From a bacterium (GTDB taxonomy: Bacteria > Zhuqueibacterota > Zhuqueibacteria > Zhuqueibacterales > Zhuqueibacteraceae): DNA of 42,224 bases. The notes under the pieces were generated by a model. The model ran no database searches. It was not told the DNA's origin and worked only from the letters and a program-made list of their open reading frames with translations. Made by a program: the position numbers and the translations under genes. This document shows positions 25,535 through 35,006 of the stretch, one piece after another (position 1 is the first letter of the stretch; every line of letters begins with the position of its first letter). Where the stretch lies: positions 1 to 42,224 of the forward strand of contig JBIOXB010000129.1 in assembly GCA_044869275.1 (NCBI GenBank), given 5' to 3'.

Positions 25535-27921
25535 TCGTACCGCAACGCTTCCACGGGGTTCGCCAGGGCGGCTTTGATGGCCTGCGTGCTCACCGTGAGT
25601 AGTGCGATCAGCACCGCGGACCCGCCCGCGAGTGCGAACACCCACCAACCGATTTCGATGCGATACGCGAAATTTCCCAGCCACTTCGCCATGGCAAAAT
25701 AGGCCAGCGGCCAGGCGATGAGATTGGCGATGAGCACGAGCCATAGGAATTCCTGCGAGAGCAGGCCGATCAAATTGGTCACGGTTGCCCCGAGAACTTT
25801 CCGAATGCCGATCTCCTTGGTGCGCCGCGCGGCGGTGAAAGAGGCCAGTCCCAACAAGCCCAGACAAGCAATGAAGATAGCCAGCCCGGAAAAGTAGGTG
25901 GTCAATTGACTGATCCGGTCTTCCGTTTGATAGCTCTGCCACAGCAGGTCATCCAGGAATGAATAAATAAATCCCTTGTCCGGCTCGAATTCCTTCCAGG
26001 CGGATTCCACGAAGGCGAGCGTCTCTGACAAGCGCTGCGCGCGCACCTTGATGGTAGCATAAGAAAAATTGCCGGGGTAGATAACGAGGGCTCCGATGTC
26101 CTTGTGCAGCGGCAGGAAATGAAAATCTTTCACCACCCCGATGACGGGGCCCTGCGGCGCGCCCGCCATCGTGACCAGTTTCAGTTTCTTGCCGAGCGCC
26201 TCGCCCCAGCCGAATTGCCGCATCGCGGCTTCGTTGATGATGAAAGCCTCTTTCGCATCGGTGGGAATTTCCCTTGAAAAAGCCCGGCCGGCAACGAGCT
26301 GGAGTCCGAAAGTTTTGACGAAGTCGAGCTCGACGCGAAGGATGGTTAGAATCTGTGGCGTGGCGATGCCCTCGACCTGAAATGTGGTGTAGCGTATTTC
26401 CTGTCCCAGCTTGCCATTGACGCCGGAGACTTGCACGACGTTGGGATTTTGCAGAAGGCGGTTTTTGAAAGCCTCGTACTGGCTCTCGACACGGCTGCCG
26501 CGTACCGGCACCATCAGCATTTGATGGCGATCGAAACCGGTATCTTTGTGGCGCAGGAATTGGAGCTGCTGGTGAACGATGAACGTGCCGATGATCAAAG
26601 CCACCGATATGGTGAACTGGAAAACCACCAGCACTTTGCGCAGCCCGGCACCTTTGACAAAAGAACGAGCCGTATCTTTCAACGCCGCAGTGGGCTGCAA
26701 AGAAGAAAACACCACGGCCGGATAGATGCCGGCGGCAATGCTCAGCAGCGGCGCGAAAACGAGAACATAAGGCCAGGCCTGCAGCGCGTTGACGGAGATT
26801 CCCGCCAGGTTGCGGAACATCGTTTGTGACCATTCCACGAGAAAAAACGCGGCGATGCTGGCCAGCGCCGTGAGCAAAATTGCTTCCAACAACAATTGTA
26901 CGGTCAATTGCCGGCGGATGGCGCCGAGCACCTTGCGCACGCCCAGCTCGCGCAAGCGCTGTGAGAATTGCGCAATGGTGAGATTGATGAAGTTGAAGCA
27001 GGCAATCGCCAGCACCAATGCGCCGATCACACCGAAGATGTAAACATAGCGAATGTCAGAGGAGGGTGAACTGTCGATGCCGAAGTCTGAGTGCAAATGA
27101 ATGTCGCGCACCGGTTGCACGTAGAGCTTGACCTGGTTTTGGAGGTGCAACGGGGTGTAGTTCTTTTGTGCAAAAGCCTCCAATTTTTGTTCGAGCACGG
27201 GCGCAGCCTCCGGGCTTTCCAGCAACACATAAGTAAAGAACCAATTCAAAATCCAATTCTGTGGAAAATTCACCTTCGCCCTGGGCAAGCCGGTTTGCGG
27301 CAGTGTTGCCAGCGAAGCGATAAAATCGACGTCGAGGTGGCTCGGGCCGGGGAACTCCTCCAATACGCCGGTGACTTTGAGATCGACTTGGTTATTAAAG
27401 CGCAGCACTTTGCCCAACGGCGGCTCGTCGGCAAAATATTTTCGGGCGGTGCTTTTGGTAATAACGACAGAGTTAGGCGCCAGCAACACCTGTTGCGGAT
27501 CGCCCAATGCCAGCGGCAAATCCAAAACGCCGAAAAGCGTGGAATCGGCGAAATAGAATTTGTCTTCATAAAAACTTTTGTCGCCATAATGAATCGTGGG
27601 GGTGTGCCCCATGATATGCTTCGAAAGGCTGATCAACCTGGCGACTTCCCGTACCTCCGGAAACTGGCGGAGCAGAGGTGCGATGGGAAACTCGATGCTG
27701 GCGCTCCTATCCAGTTTTCCATCGACGGTGAGCGACATGGTCACACGAAAGAGCTTCTCAGGGTTACTGAAAAAGCGATCGTAACTCAGCTCGTGTCGAA
27801 TATAGAAAGAGATTAGGATGCACGAAGCGAGGCCGATGGCCAGTCCAATAATATTGATGAGAGCGTGGCCTTTGAATTTGAGCAGATTCCGAACGGCGAT
27901 TTTGAGATAGTTTTTGAGCAT
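25531..27921 (-). CDS. MacB/FtsX-like duplicated ABC permease, copy E (796 aa)
   Basis: MLKNYLKIAV start with GGAG RBS, ends NPVEALRYE. Confidence 0.93.
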   Translation of the reverse strand: MLKNYLKIAVRNLLKFKGHALINIIGLAIGLASCILISFYIRHELSYDRFFSNPEKLFRVTMSLTVDGKLDRSASIEFPIAPLLRQFPEVREVARLISLSKHIMGHTPTIHYGDKSFYEDKFYFADSTLFGVLDLPLALGDPQQVLLAPNSVVITKSTARKYFADEPPLGKVLRFNNQVDLKVTGVLEEFPGPSHLDVDFIASLATLPQTGLPRAKVNFPQNWILNWFFTYVLLESPEAAPVLEQKLEAFAQKNYTPLHLQNQVKLYVQPVRDIHLHSDFGIDSSPSSDIRYVYIFGVIGALVLAIACFNFINLTIAQFSQRLRELGVRKVLGAIRRQLTVQLLLEAILLTALASIAAFFLVEWSQTMFRNLAGISVNALQAWPYVLVFAPLLSIAAGIYPAVVFSSLQPTAALKDTARSFVKGAGLRKVLVVFQFTISVALIIGTFIVHQQLQFLRHKDTGFDRHQMLMVPVRGSRVESQYEAFKNRLLQNPNVVQVSGVNGKLGQEIRYTTFQVEGIATPQILTILRVELDFVKTFGLQLVAGRAFSREIPTDAKEAFIINEAAMRQFGWGEALGKKLKLVTMAGAPQGPVIGVVKDFHFLPLHKDIGALVIYPGNFSYATIKVRAQRLSETLAFVESAWKEFEPDKGFIYSFLDDLLWQSYQTEDRISQLTTYFSGLAIFIACLGLLGLASFTAARRTKEIGIRKVLGATVTNLIGLLSQEFLWLVLIANLIAWPLAYFAMAKWLGNFAYRIEIGWWVFALAGGSAVLIALLTVSTQAIKAALANPVEALRYE

Positions 27922-27940
27922 GTTTTCTCCGCTGGGAAAA

Positions 27941-29680
27941 TTATTTCTGTTTGTTCGCAAATTGCGCTTGTGCGCGAACCTCCATCAGCATCTGAGCTGA
28001 ATTCGTCCCCACCGGACCTTGGGGATCCAATGCGATCGCCCGTTCGTAGTGTTGGATCGCCGCAGGCAAGTCACCCTGCTTCCAATAGCACTCCGCCAGA
28101 CTGTCATAACCGTTTGCTGAACTGGGATAAAGCTCGACATTTAGTTTAAACACTTCCAAAGCCGCGTCTAGATTTCTTTCGTTGATCAGCTCATAACCGA
28201 GACGGTTGATTTTGTCCTCGACATTGTCGAAGCGGTTGCGAGGATCAGCGCGATAGCTGAAAGCTTGTTTTCGGGCTTCCGGCGTTTTGCCATTTATAAA
28301 AAGCGCCTTCAATCTTTCCGTAAGTGAAGGTTGCGGCGTGTAATTCAAAATCGCCTCCATCACCGGATCACGATTGTTGCGATAGTCGTCAAAAGTCATG
28401 TCGACGGCGATTTGCGGCGCAGTCCATTGCCGCGTGTCGCGCGGATCGAGATTTTGCCACCAGAGATGTGAAAGCATGACGCGAATTCCGCTGTTCGGCA
28501 ACGTCTTTTGCACTACGTCACCATAGAAATTCACATTCTCCGAGGTGGGCTCGCCGACAAAAATCGTTTCGGTGTATTTTTCAATTTCATTGGTCAAGTT
28601 CTGCGCCGCCGAGAACGTCCGCCTGCCAATGATGGTGAACAGCCTTCCCGATTGATTGATCTTTCGCGCCTGAATCAAACCGACGATCACCGGCCGGTTC
28701 AGATAATTGTTGCCGCCATCATTCAAACGCAAATCCAAAACGAATTTCTCCACGTTATTTTCATCGACAAACTTGAAGACGCGCTCAAAAAATGCCACAA
28801 TGGTTTCATCGGATTCATTGAGAACCTGACTATGGCGCACGTATACGGTTTTGGAATCCGGCAAATACTCATAGAAAAAATTCCGCTGCAAATTCTTCAA
28901 CCAGAGAGGCGTGGACGCTTTGGCAAATTGCCTCGCATCTATCCAGCCCTCGCCAGGAGTCACTATTCCATGATTGCCTGGGAAACCGCCGGCTTCCTCG
29001 GCTTGCAGCCAAATTGTTTGTTCCTTGCCGTCCTTTTCAATCACCAAGGGCGCGCGATTTAGATCATCGATGACCCCACTGGCGTGCAGCACTTCTGGAC
29101 AACTGAGATAATACGGCACCTCGGATTTGAAACCCTGCTCGTTTTCATAAGGCACGACCGGCCGCACCGCCTCGAGCGCCTGGTCGATCCCGAGTTTTCC
29201 CAGGCGCAATGCACGGCCGCCGACCGCATCACGATACTTTTCCTGTGCTGCGCGCACATATACGCCATCAGAAAAAAGATAAACCAACAGCGGAAAGCGG
29301 TGAAAAGCGATGTTGGCATCCGCCTCACGCTGCCACACTTGCAGAGGCAGGACCGTATGCCCAATGCGAAACCTGGCGACCACACGCGCCAACCCTACGA
29401 TGATTTCGTGGCGCTGCAGCTGTGGAATTTTGGCATGCAGCTCATCGGCCGCGTGCTTGAATTCTGTGTTGGTGATCTTGTGGAACAAATTTGAGCGTTC
29501 AGTGGTGACGACTTCTTGCAGGTAACGTAAATCTTTCCGCCACTTTTCAGCCGTCATCTCGGCTTGGGCGTGAGCTCGGACACTGAGCACGAATGGCAGG
29601 ACCACCAACAAAAGGCTGCAAGAGAAAGCTCTGACCTTTATCAGGCGCACGAATTGAGGTTGCGATCTTTTAGCCATCAC
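27941..29680 (-). CDS. Secreted S41-family peptidase with C-terminal TPR
   Basis: Signal peptide ending AHA-Q, S41 motifs DLRLNDGGN, TFSAA and VGEPT, TPR INRLGYEL...YPSSANGYDSLAECY. Start is 29680 (GTG) or 29677 (ATG). Confidence 0.85.
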   Translation of the reverse strand: MMAKRSQPQFVRLIKVRAFSCSLLLVVLPFVLSVRAHAQAEMTAEKWRKDLRYLQEVVTTERSNLFHKITNTEFKHAADELHAKIPQLQRHEIIVGLARVVARFRIGHTVLPLQVWQREADANIAFHRFPLLVYLFSDGVYVRAAQEKYRDAVGGRALRLGKLGIDQALEAVRPVVPYENEQGFKSEVPYYLSCPEVLHASGVIDDLNRAPLVIEKDGKEQTIWLQAEEAGGFPGNHGIVTPGEGWIDARQFAKASTPLWLKNLQRNFFYEYLPDSKTVYVRHSQVLNESDETIVAFFERVFKFVDENNVEKFVLDLRLNDGGNNYLNRPVIVGLIQARKINQSGRLFTIIGRRTFSAAQNLTNEIEKYTETIFVGEPTSENVNFYGDVVQKTLPNSGIRVMLSHLWWQNLDPRDTRQWTAPQIAVDMTFDDYRNNRDPVMEAILNYTPQPSLTERLKALFINGKTPEARKQAFSYRADPRNRFDNVEDKINRLGYELINERNLDAALEVFKLNVELYPSSANGYDSLAECYWKQGDLPAAIQHYERAIALDPQGPVGTNSAQMLMEVRAQAQFANKQK

Positions 29681-29710
29681 ATTTTACCTTTCACGGTTTC
29701 TACCCAGATT

Positions 29711-29860
29711 TTGCAACGAAAAGAGAACCGCAACGAAAAAGCGTTTGAATTAGCGGGTTTTATTTGCATCGTTCATGCGCTTGAAACCGTCAAACGGGTG
29801 GATCAAACATAGAAGCCTGCACGATTTTCATCTTTCGTTGCCGTTCTTTCTTCGCTGCAA
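29711..29860. repeat. Imperfect 28-bp inverted repeat pair in the spacer
   Basis: TTGCAACGAAAAGAGAACCGCAACGAAA (29711-29738) versus 29833-29860, 24/28 match. Confidence 0.7.
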
Positions 29861-29908
29861 GCCGGATTTGATGCAAAATTGAGGTTCTACTCATATCTCG
29901 GCTCCGTT

Positions 29909-32374
29909 TCATTCATATCGCAATGCTTCCACCGGGTTCGCCAGCGCGGCTTTGATCGCCTGGGTGCTCACCGTCAGCAGCGCAATGACCAAGGCGATTC
30001 CGCCCGCAAGCGCGAATATCCACCACTCGATATTGATGCGATACGCAAAATCTTGCAGCCACTTGTTCATGGCAAAATAAGCGACTGGCCAGGCAATAAG
30101 ATTGGCGAGCAGGACCCATTTGCTGAAGTCTTTGGAAAACAGCGCCAAAAGATTCGGTACGGAAGCGCCCAGAACTTTGCGAATGCCAATTTCCTTGGTG
30201 CGTTGTTCCGTCGCAAACGCCGCCAATCCCAGCAAGCCGATGCAGGCGATGAAAATCGTCAGAGCGGAAAAGATCAAAAATATCCTTCCCAAACGCTGCT
30301 CGGCGAGATATTGCTCGTCAAAACCTTCGCCCAGGAATTTATATTCAAACGGCATCGTGGGAGCAAATGTTTTCCATTCGGATTCCAGCACCTCGAGGCT
30401 GTTGGCCAAATCGGTGCGAGGAATTCGAACCACGACGCAGGAATTTGAAATCTCATAAGATTGGGACGCGCTGTGGAACAAAGCAAAAGGCGTAATCGGT
30501 GTGCGCAGCGTCACATAGTTGAAATCCTTCATCACCCCGATGACTTTATATTCTCGATTATCGCCGCCGGGATAGGTGAGCGTCTTGCCGAGCGGGTCTT
30601 CCCAGCCGAAATACTTCACCGCCGCCTCGTTCAGAAGCACGCCGGCGGTATCGGTGGAAAACTCCTTGGAAAAATTTCGGCCTTGCACGAGGGCGATGCC
30701 CAGCGTCGCCAGGAAATCTTCGTCGGCCATATAAGAGTTCAATTGCAGATCGATTTGCTCGCCCCTTTTGCCCGCGGCATGGTAAGAATCCTGGAAGCCG
30801 AAGTCCGGCGGGACGGAGGTGGCAAGGGAGGCATTGCGAAAGCGGGAATCGCCCTGCAATCTTTCTTTGAATGCTTCGGCGTGATTGCCCAGGCGACGAT
30901 TGTCATTGGAAATGATGACGACGCCTTCTTTATCGAAACCCATATCGGCTTGACGAAAGAAATCCATTTGCTTTTGTACGAGCAGCGTGCAGACGATCAA
31001 TCCGATGGTGATCGCAAATTGAAAAACGACCAGGCCGCTTCTCAGTTTCTGGTTTCTGCTGCCCGATCGTACGGCGCCTTTGAGTATTTGTACCGGCTGG
31101 AAAGAGGATAAATAGAAGCCGGGGTAGCTGCCGGCAACCAGGCCGACAAACAGCACCAGCAGAATCAAAGTTGCGGACAGTCCGGGGGAAGCGAAGAGAT
31201 TGAGCTGGAGATTTTTTCCCGCGAGCTGGTTGAAGGGGGCGATGAACCATTCCACCAGGAACAGCGCCATCGGCATGGCGATCGCGCTCAGAGCGATGGC
31301 CTCGACTATAAATTGTCCGACGAGCATCGACTTCCTGGAGCCCAGCGCCTTGCGCACGCCGACTTCTTTCGCGCGATTGGCGGAGCGCGCCGTCGCCAGA
31401 TTCATGAAGTTGATGCAGGCAATCAACAGGATGAAGGCCGCGATGGTTGAAAAAATATACACGTAGACTTCATTGCTGATGGGCCCCAGGCGATTGCCAG
31501 TTTGGCCGGAGCGGAGATAAATATCCGTCAGCGGCTGGAACACAAAGTTCCAGCGCCCGCCGCTCGCGACCATTTCATCGTAGGAAAAGCCGACCCGTGC
31601 GAAGGCCGCCGGCGCATATTTTTTTACTATCGCCGGGATTTTGGCCTCGACCGCACTGCTTGAAATGTCCGGCTTGAGTTTCGCATAGGTGGCCACTTGC
31701 ATCCAGAACCAGCTCCAATCAAAATACGCCACTTCGGGGTGCGACGACATCGACGTCAATATGTCGAATTGCAGGTGCGAATTGTGCGGCGGGGATTTCA
31801 CAATGCCGGTTACTTTAAAAGCATTGTGATATCGCTTTTTGCCGAAAACCAGCTTCTCTTCGCCGATGGTGATGATCTGGCCCAGCGCGGAGGCATTGCC
31901 AAAATATTTTGCCGCGGTTTCCTCGGTCAAGATCGCGCTATTCGGTTCGGCCAAAGCCGTCCGTGAATCTCCCGACAACAGCGCGAAATCAAAAAGCTGG
32001 AAAAAATTCGCATCGACGCCGCGAATCAGGGGCTCGTTGAAAAATTTGTTTTCGTACCGCACGATCATTTTGGAAACCGGGAAGACGCGGGTTGCCGCTG
32101 AAACTTCCGGAATCTCATTGACGAGCGCTGCCGCGAGCGGCGGCGGTGTGCCCGGACCGAGGCCTTCGCTATTATTCCATTTGAAGTCCCAGTTCATGCG
32201 ATAAATGGCATTGGCATTTTCATGAAAGCGGTCAAAACTGACCTCATCGCGAACCCACAACAGAATGAACAAAGTGCAGGCCAGGCCGACTGCCAATCCG
32301 CAAACATTGATGAACGAGTACAATTTGTTTTTGACAAAATTGCGAACGGTGATGATGAGATAATTTCTGAGCAT
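29909..32374 (-). CDS. MacB/FtsX-like duplicated ABC permease, copy F (821 aa)
   Basis: MLRNYLIITV start with AAGGAG RBS, ends NPVEALRYE. Confidence 0.93.
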   Translation of the reverse strand: MLRNYLIITVRNFVKNKLYSFINVCGLAVGLACTLFILLWVRDEVSFDRFHENANAIYRMNWDFKWNNSEGLGPGTPPPLAAALVNEIPEVSAATRVFPVSKMIVRYENKFFNEPLIRGVDANFFQLFDFALLSGDSRTALAEPNSAILTEETAAKYFGNASALGQIITIGEEKLVFGKKRYHNAFKVTGIVKSPPHNSHLQFDILTSMSSHPEVAYFDWSWFWMQVATYAKLKPDISSSAVEAKIPAIVKKYAPAAFARVGFSYDEMVASGGRWNFVFQPLTDIYLRSGQTGNRLGPISNEVYVYIFSTIAAFILLIACINFMNLATARSANRAKEVGVRKALGSRKSMLVGQFIVEAIALSAIAMPMALFLVEWFIAPFNQLAGKNLQLNLFASPGLSATLILLVLFVGLVAGSYPGFYLSSFQPVQILKGAVRSGSRNQKLRSGLVVFQFAITIGLIVCTLLVQKQMDFFRQADMGFDKEGVVIISNDNRRLGNHAEAFKERLQGDSRFRNASLATSVPPDFGFQDSYHAAGKRGEQIDLQLNSYMADEDFLATLGIALVQGRNFSKEFSTDTAGVLLNEAAVKYFGWEDPLGKTLTYPGGDNREYKVIGVMKDFNYVTLRTPITPFALFHSASQSYEISNSCVVVRIPRTDLANSLEVLESEWKTFAPTMPFEYKFLGEGFDEQYLAEQRLGRIFLIFSALTIFIACIGLLGLAAFATEQRTKEIGIRKVLGASVPNLLALFSKDFSKWVLLANLIAWPVAYFAMNKWLQDFAYRINIEWWIFALAGGIALVIALLTVSTQAIKAALANPVEALRYE

Positions 32375-32391
32375 GATGATCTCCTTGATAA

Positions 32392-32560
32392 GCATGGAGC
32401 ATAGCGCAGAGCGCATAGCATAAGCTGGACAAGCCGGAAACCCAAAAGGCAAAACACAAAATCCAAAAGAGGCATTGAATTTTGAGTTTTGGAATTTGAA
32501 TTTTTTTGCCAAAAAACCACAGATTGCACTTATTATGGAATAACGCCATGCCCTCTGCTA
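32392..32560. repeat. Nested heptamer tracts: outer GCATAGC-type arms, inner CAAAANN x4 (32443-32470) and TTGAATT-type x4 (32475-32502)
   Basis: 7-nt periodicity read directly. Confidence 0.75.
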
Positions 32561-34903
32561 TTCGTACCGCAACGCCTCCACCGGATTCGCCAGCCCGGCT
32601 TTGATCGCTTGCGTGCTCACCGTGAGCAGCGCGATGAACAATGCGATTCCGCCGGCGAGTGCGAACATCCACGCGCCCAGCTCAACGCGATACGCGAAAT
32701 CTTGCAGCCACCTGTTCATGGCGAAATAAGCCGCCGGCCAGGCGATGAGATCGGCGAGCAACACCAGCTTGACGAAATCTTTCGAGAGCAAGCTGACAAT
32801 GCCGGCCAGAGAGGCGCCGAGCACTTTGCGCACGCCCACTTCCTTGGTGCGCTGCTCGGCCACGTAGGCCGCCAAGCCGAAAAGGCCGAGACCGGCAATG
32901 CCAATCGCGAGCGCGGAGAAAATACCCAGCACTTGCGTCAAGCGTTCTTCGGCCAGGTAATATTTTTCGAAAGTCTCGTCGAGAAACTTGTACTCGAAAG
33001 GTTGCTGGTCTTCAAAACGAGCCCAAGTGGCGGCGAGATATTGCAAGGTTTGCGGTAGATCGTGCCCGGTGAGCTTCACGCTGAGATGATGGAAGCGCCG
33101 GTCGGTAATATACAACAACACCGGCTCGATCTTTTGATGCACGGAACGGAGATGAAAATCTTTCACCACGCCGATCACGGTCAATGCTTGCGGATCATCC
33201 GTGCCCAAAGTGAGAATCTTTCCCATCGGTGAATCCCAGCCGAGTTGTTGCACCAGAGTGGCGTTGATCAAAACTGCGGCAGAGTCCGTGGGAAAGTTGT
33301 GATTGAAATCACGTCCCTGGATGAATTCGAGACCGTAGGTCTTGGCGAAATCGAAATCCACACCGATGGTAGGCACCCCGAAGCGTGCGGAGACGGGCTG
33401 CCCCTCGGGCAAGACATCGAATCCCATCGCGCCAATGCCCGGGCCGCCGCTGGCCAGCGCGGCAGAGAGAATGTTGGGATGCCGCAGCAATTCGGTTTTG
33501 AAGGCCTGTACCTGGGTGCGTATGGTTGAGTTCGGAATCTCGAGCATCACCACTTGCTCACGGTCAAAGCCCAAGTTCTTGGTGCGCATGTAGTCGCGCT
33601 GTTGCTGCACCACGAGCGTGGCAATGATCAGGAATATAGAAAAGCAAAACTGCACGACCACGAGCGCCTTGCGCGAGAGTGCGCCCTGCAGGCGGCTCGC
33701 CAATCCACCCTTGAGCGCGGTAATGGGTTGAAAGGAAGATAAGACAAACGCGGGATAACTGCCGGCGGCCAAACCGACGAACAGCGTCACCCCGAGCATG
33801 CCGAGCAAAAGCAGCGGATTGGGCCCCGGCTCGAACACCAGCGCGCGCGCGAGCAACGCCAGCGCCAAGGCTTCTCCCAAGAATTGCCAAACGAGCTGCC
33901 GCTTATCCGCGCCCACCACTTTGCGCAGTCCGACTTCCGCTGCGCGCCGCGCGGCCCGGGCCGTGGCCAGGTTCATGTAGTTGATGCAGGCAATAATCAA
34001 AACCAGGGCCGCGATGATCGACAAAATATAAATCGTCTGAATGTTGCCGGCATTGATATTCATTTGGAATTGCAGAGGAATGTTCGCCGCTCGCAGGTGA
34101 ATGTCGCGCAAGGGCTGCAAATAGGGAAAATATTTGTCGGCCCAGCGCGCCATGTAGCGCTGCATGAATGCCGGGAACTTTGCCTCGAGCGCCTGTGGAT
34201 CGGCGCCCGGCGCGAGTAGCGCATAAGTGAAGGCCGTCTGTGCCATCCAACGATTCATCCACGAGAAACGCTCGGCATAGGCCGAATGGGTGGAGGTGGA
34301 CCACGAGATCAAAATGTTGAATTGAATGTGCGAATACTCCGGCGGTTGCTTGGCGATGCCGGCGACGGTCAACGGCATATCGAACAAGCCCACGAGCACT
34401 TGTCCCATGGGATCAGATTCGCCAAAAAACTGCTGCGCCACTTCTTCCGTGATCACGGCCGTGAGTGGCGCGCGCAGCACCTGCTTGCGATCGCCGGCCA
34501 CCAGCTCGAAATCAAAGATTTCAAAAAAAGTCGAATCCGTGAACACGACGTGATCGATTTTCAGTTTCTTTTCGCCGTGACGCACCAGCATCTCGCTCCA
34601 CCAGGGCCGCAAGCGCACCGCGCTTTCCACTTCGGCATAATCCTGCACCAGCGTGGGCGCGAGGTTGCCGGGCATTTCCGCGGTGTGCGTCACTTCCCCG
34701 CTTTCTTCGTGTATGGTTTTGTTGATGCGATAGATGCGATCGCTTTTGCCGTGAAATCTGTCGAACGCCAATTCCTCCTGCACATAGAGGAGAATCAGCA
34801 AACAACAGGTCATGCCCGTGGCCAGGCCGACAATGTTGATGAGCGAATAGCTCTTGTGCTTTAAGGCATTGCGCAGCGCGATTTTGAGGTAGTTTTTGAA
34901 CAT
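32558..34903 (-). CDS. MacB/FtsX-like duplicated ABC permease, copy G (781 aa), with an apparent 20-aa in-frame deletion
   Basis: MFKNYLKIAL start. The QFLGE...YPA span is 46 aa versus 66 aa in copies B and H. Confidence 0.9.
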   Translation of the reverse strand: MFKNYLKIALRNALKHKSYSLINIVGLATGMTCCLLILLYVQEELAFDRFHGKSDRIYRINKTIHEESGEVTHTAEMPGNLAPTLVQDYAEVESAVRLRPWWSEMLVRHGEKKLKIDHVVFTDSTFFEIFDFELVAGDRKQVLRAPLTAVITEEVAQQFFGESDPMGQVLVGLFDMPLTVAGIAKQPPEYSHIQFNILISWSTSTHSAYAERFSWMNRWMAQTAFTYALLAPGADPQALEAKFPAFMQRYMARWADKYFPYLQPLRDIHLRAANIPLQFQMNINAGNIQTIYILSIIAALVLIIACINYMNLATARAARRAAEVGLRKVVGADKRQLVWQFLGEALALALLARALVFEPGPNPLLLLGMLGVTLFVGLAAGSYPAFVLSSFQPITALKGGLASRLQGALSRKALVVVQFCFSIFLIIATLVVQQQRDYMRTKNLGFDREQVVMLEIPNSTIRTQVQAFKTELLRHPNILSAALASGGPGIGAMGFDVLPEGQPVSARFGVPTIGVDFDFAKTYGLEFIQGRDFNHNFPTDSAAVLINATLVQQLGWDSPMGKILTLGTDDPQALTVIGVVKDFHLRSVHQKIEPVLLYITDRRFHHLSVKLTGHDLPQTLQYLAATWARFEDQQPFEYKFLDETFEKYYLAEERLTQVLGIFSALAIGIAGLGLFGLAAYVAEQRTKEVGVRKVLGASLAGIVSLLSKDFVKLVLLADLIAWPAAYFAMNRWLQDFAYRVELGAWMFALAGGIALFIALLTVSTQAIKAGLANPVEALRYE

Positions 34904-34916
34904 GAATCTCTCCTTG

Positions 34917-35006
34917 GCAGAGCGCATAGAGCATGGCGCATAGCAATTGGTTAGTCAATTTTTGTTTACAGTTTACGCCATGCGCTATGCACCATGCGCT
35001 ATGCTA
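34917..35006. repeat. Inverted heptamer-array spacer GCAGAGC GCATAGA GCATGGC GCATAGC ... ATGCGCT ATGCACC ATGCGCT ATGCTA
   Basis: Same unit family as the spacers at 17.5 kb and 25.5 kb. Confidence 0.85.
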
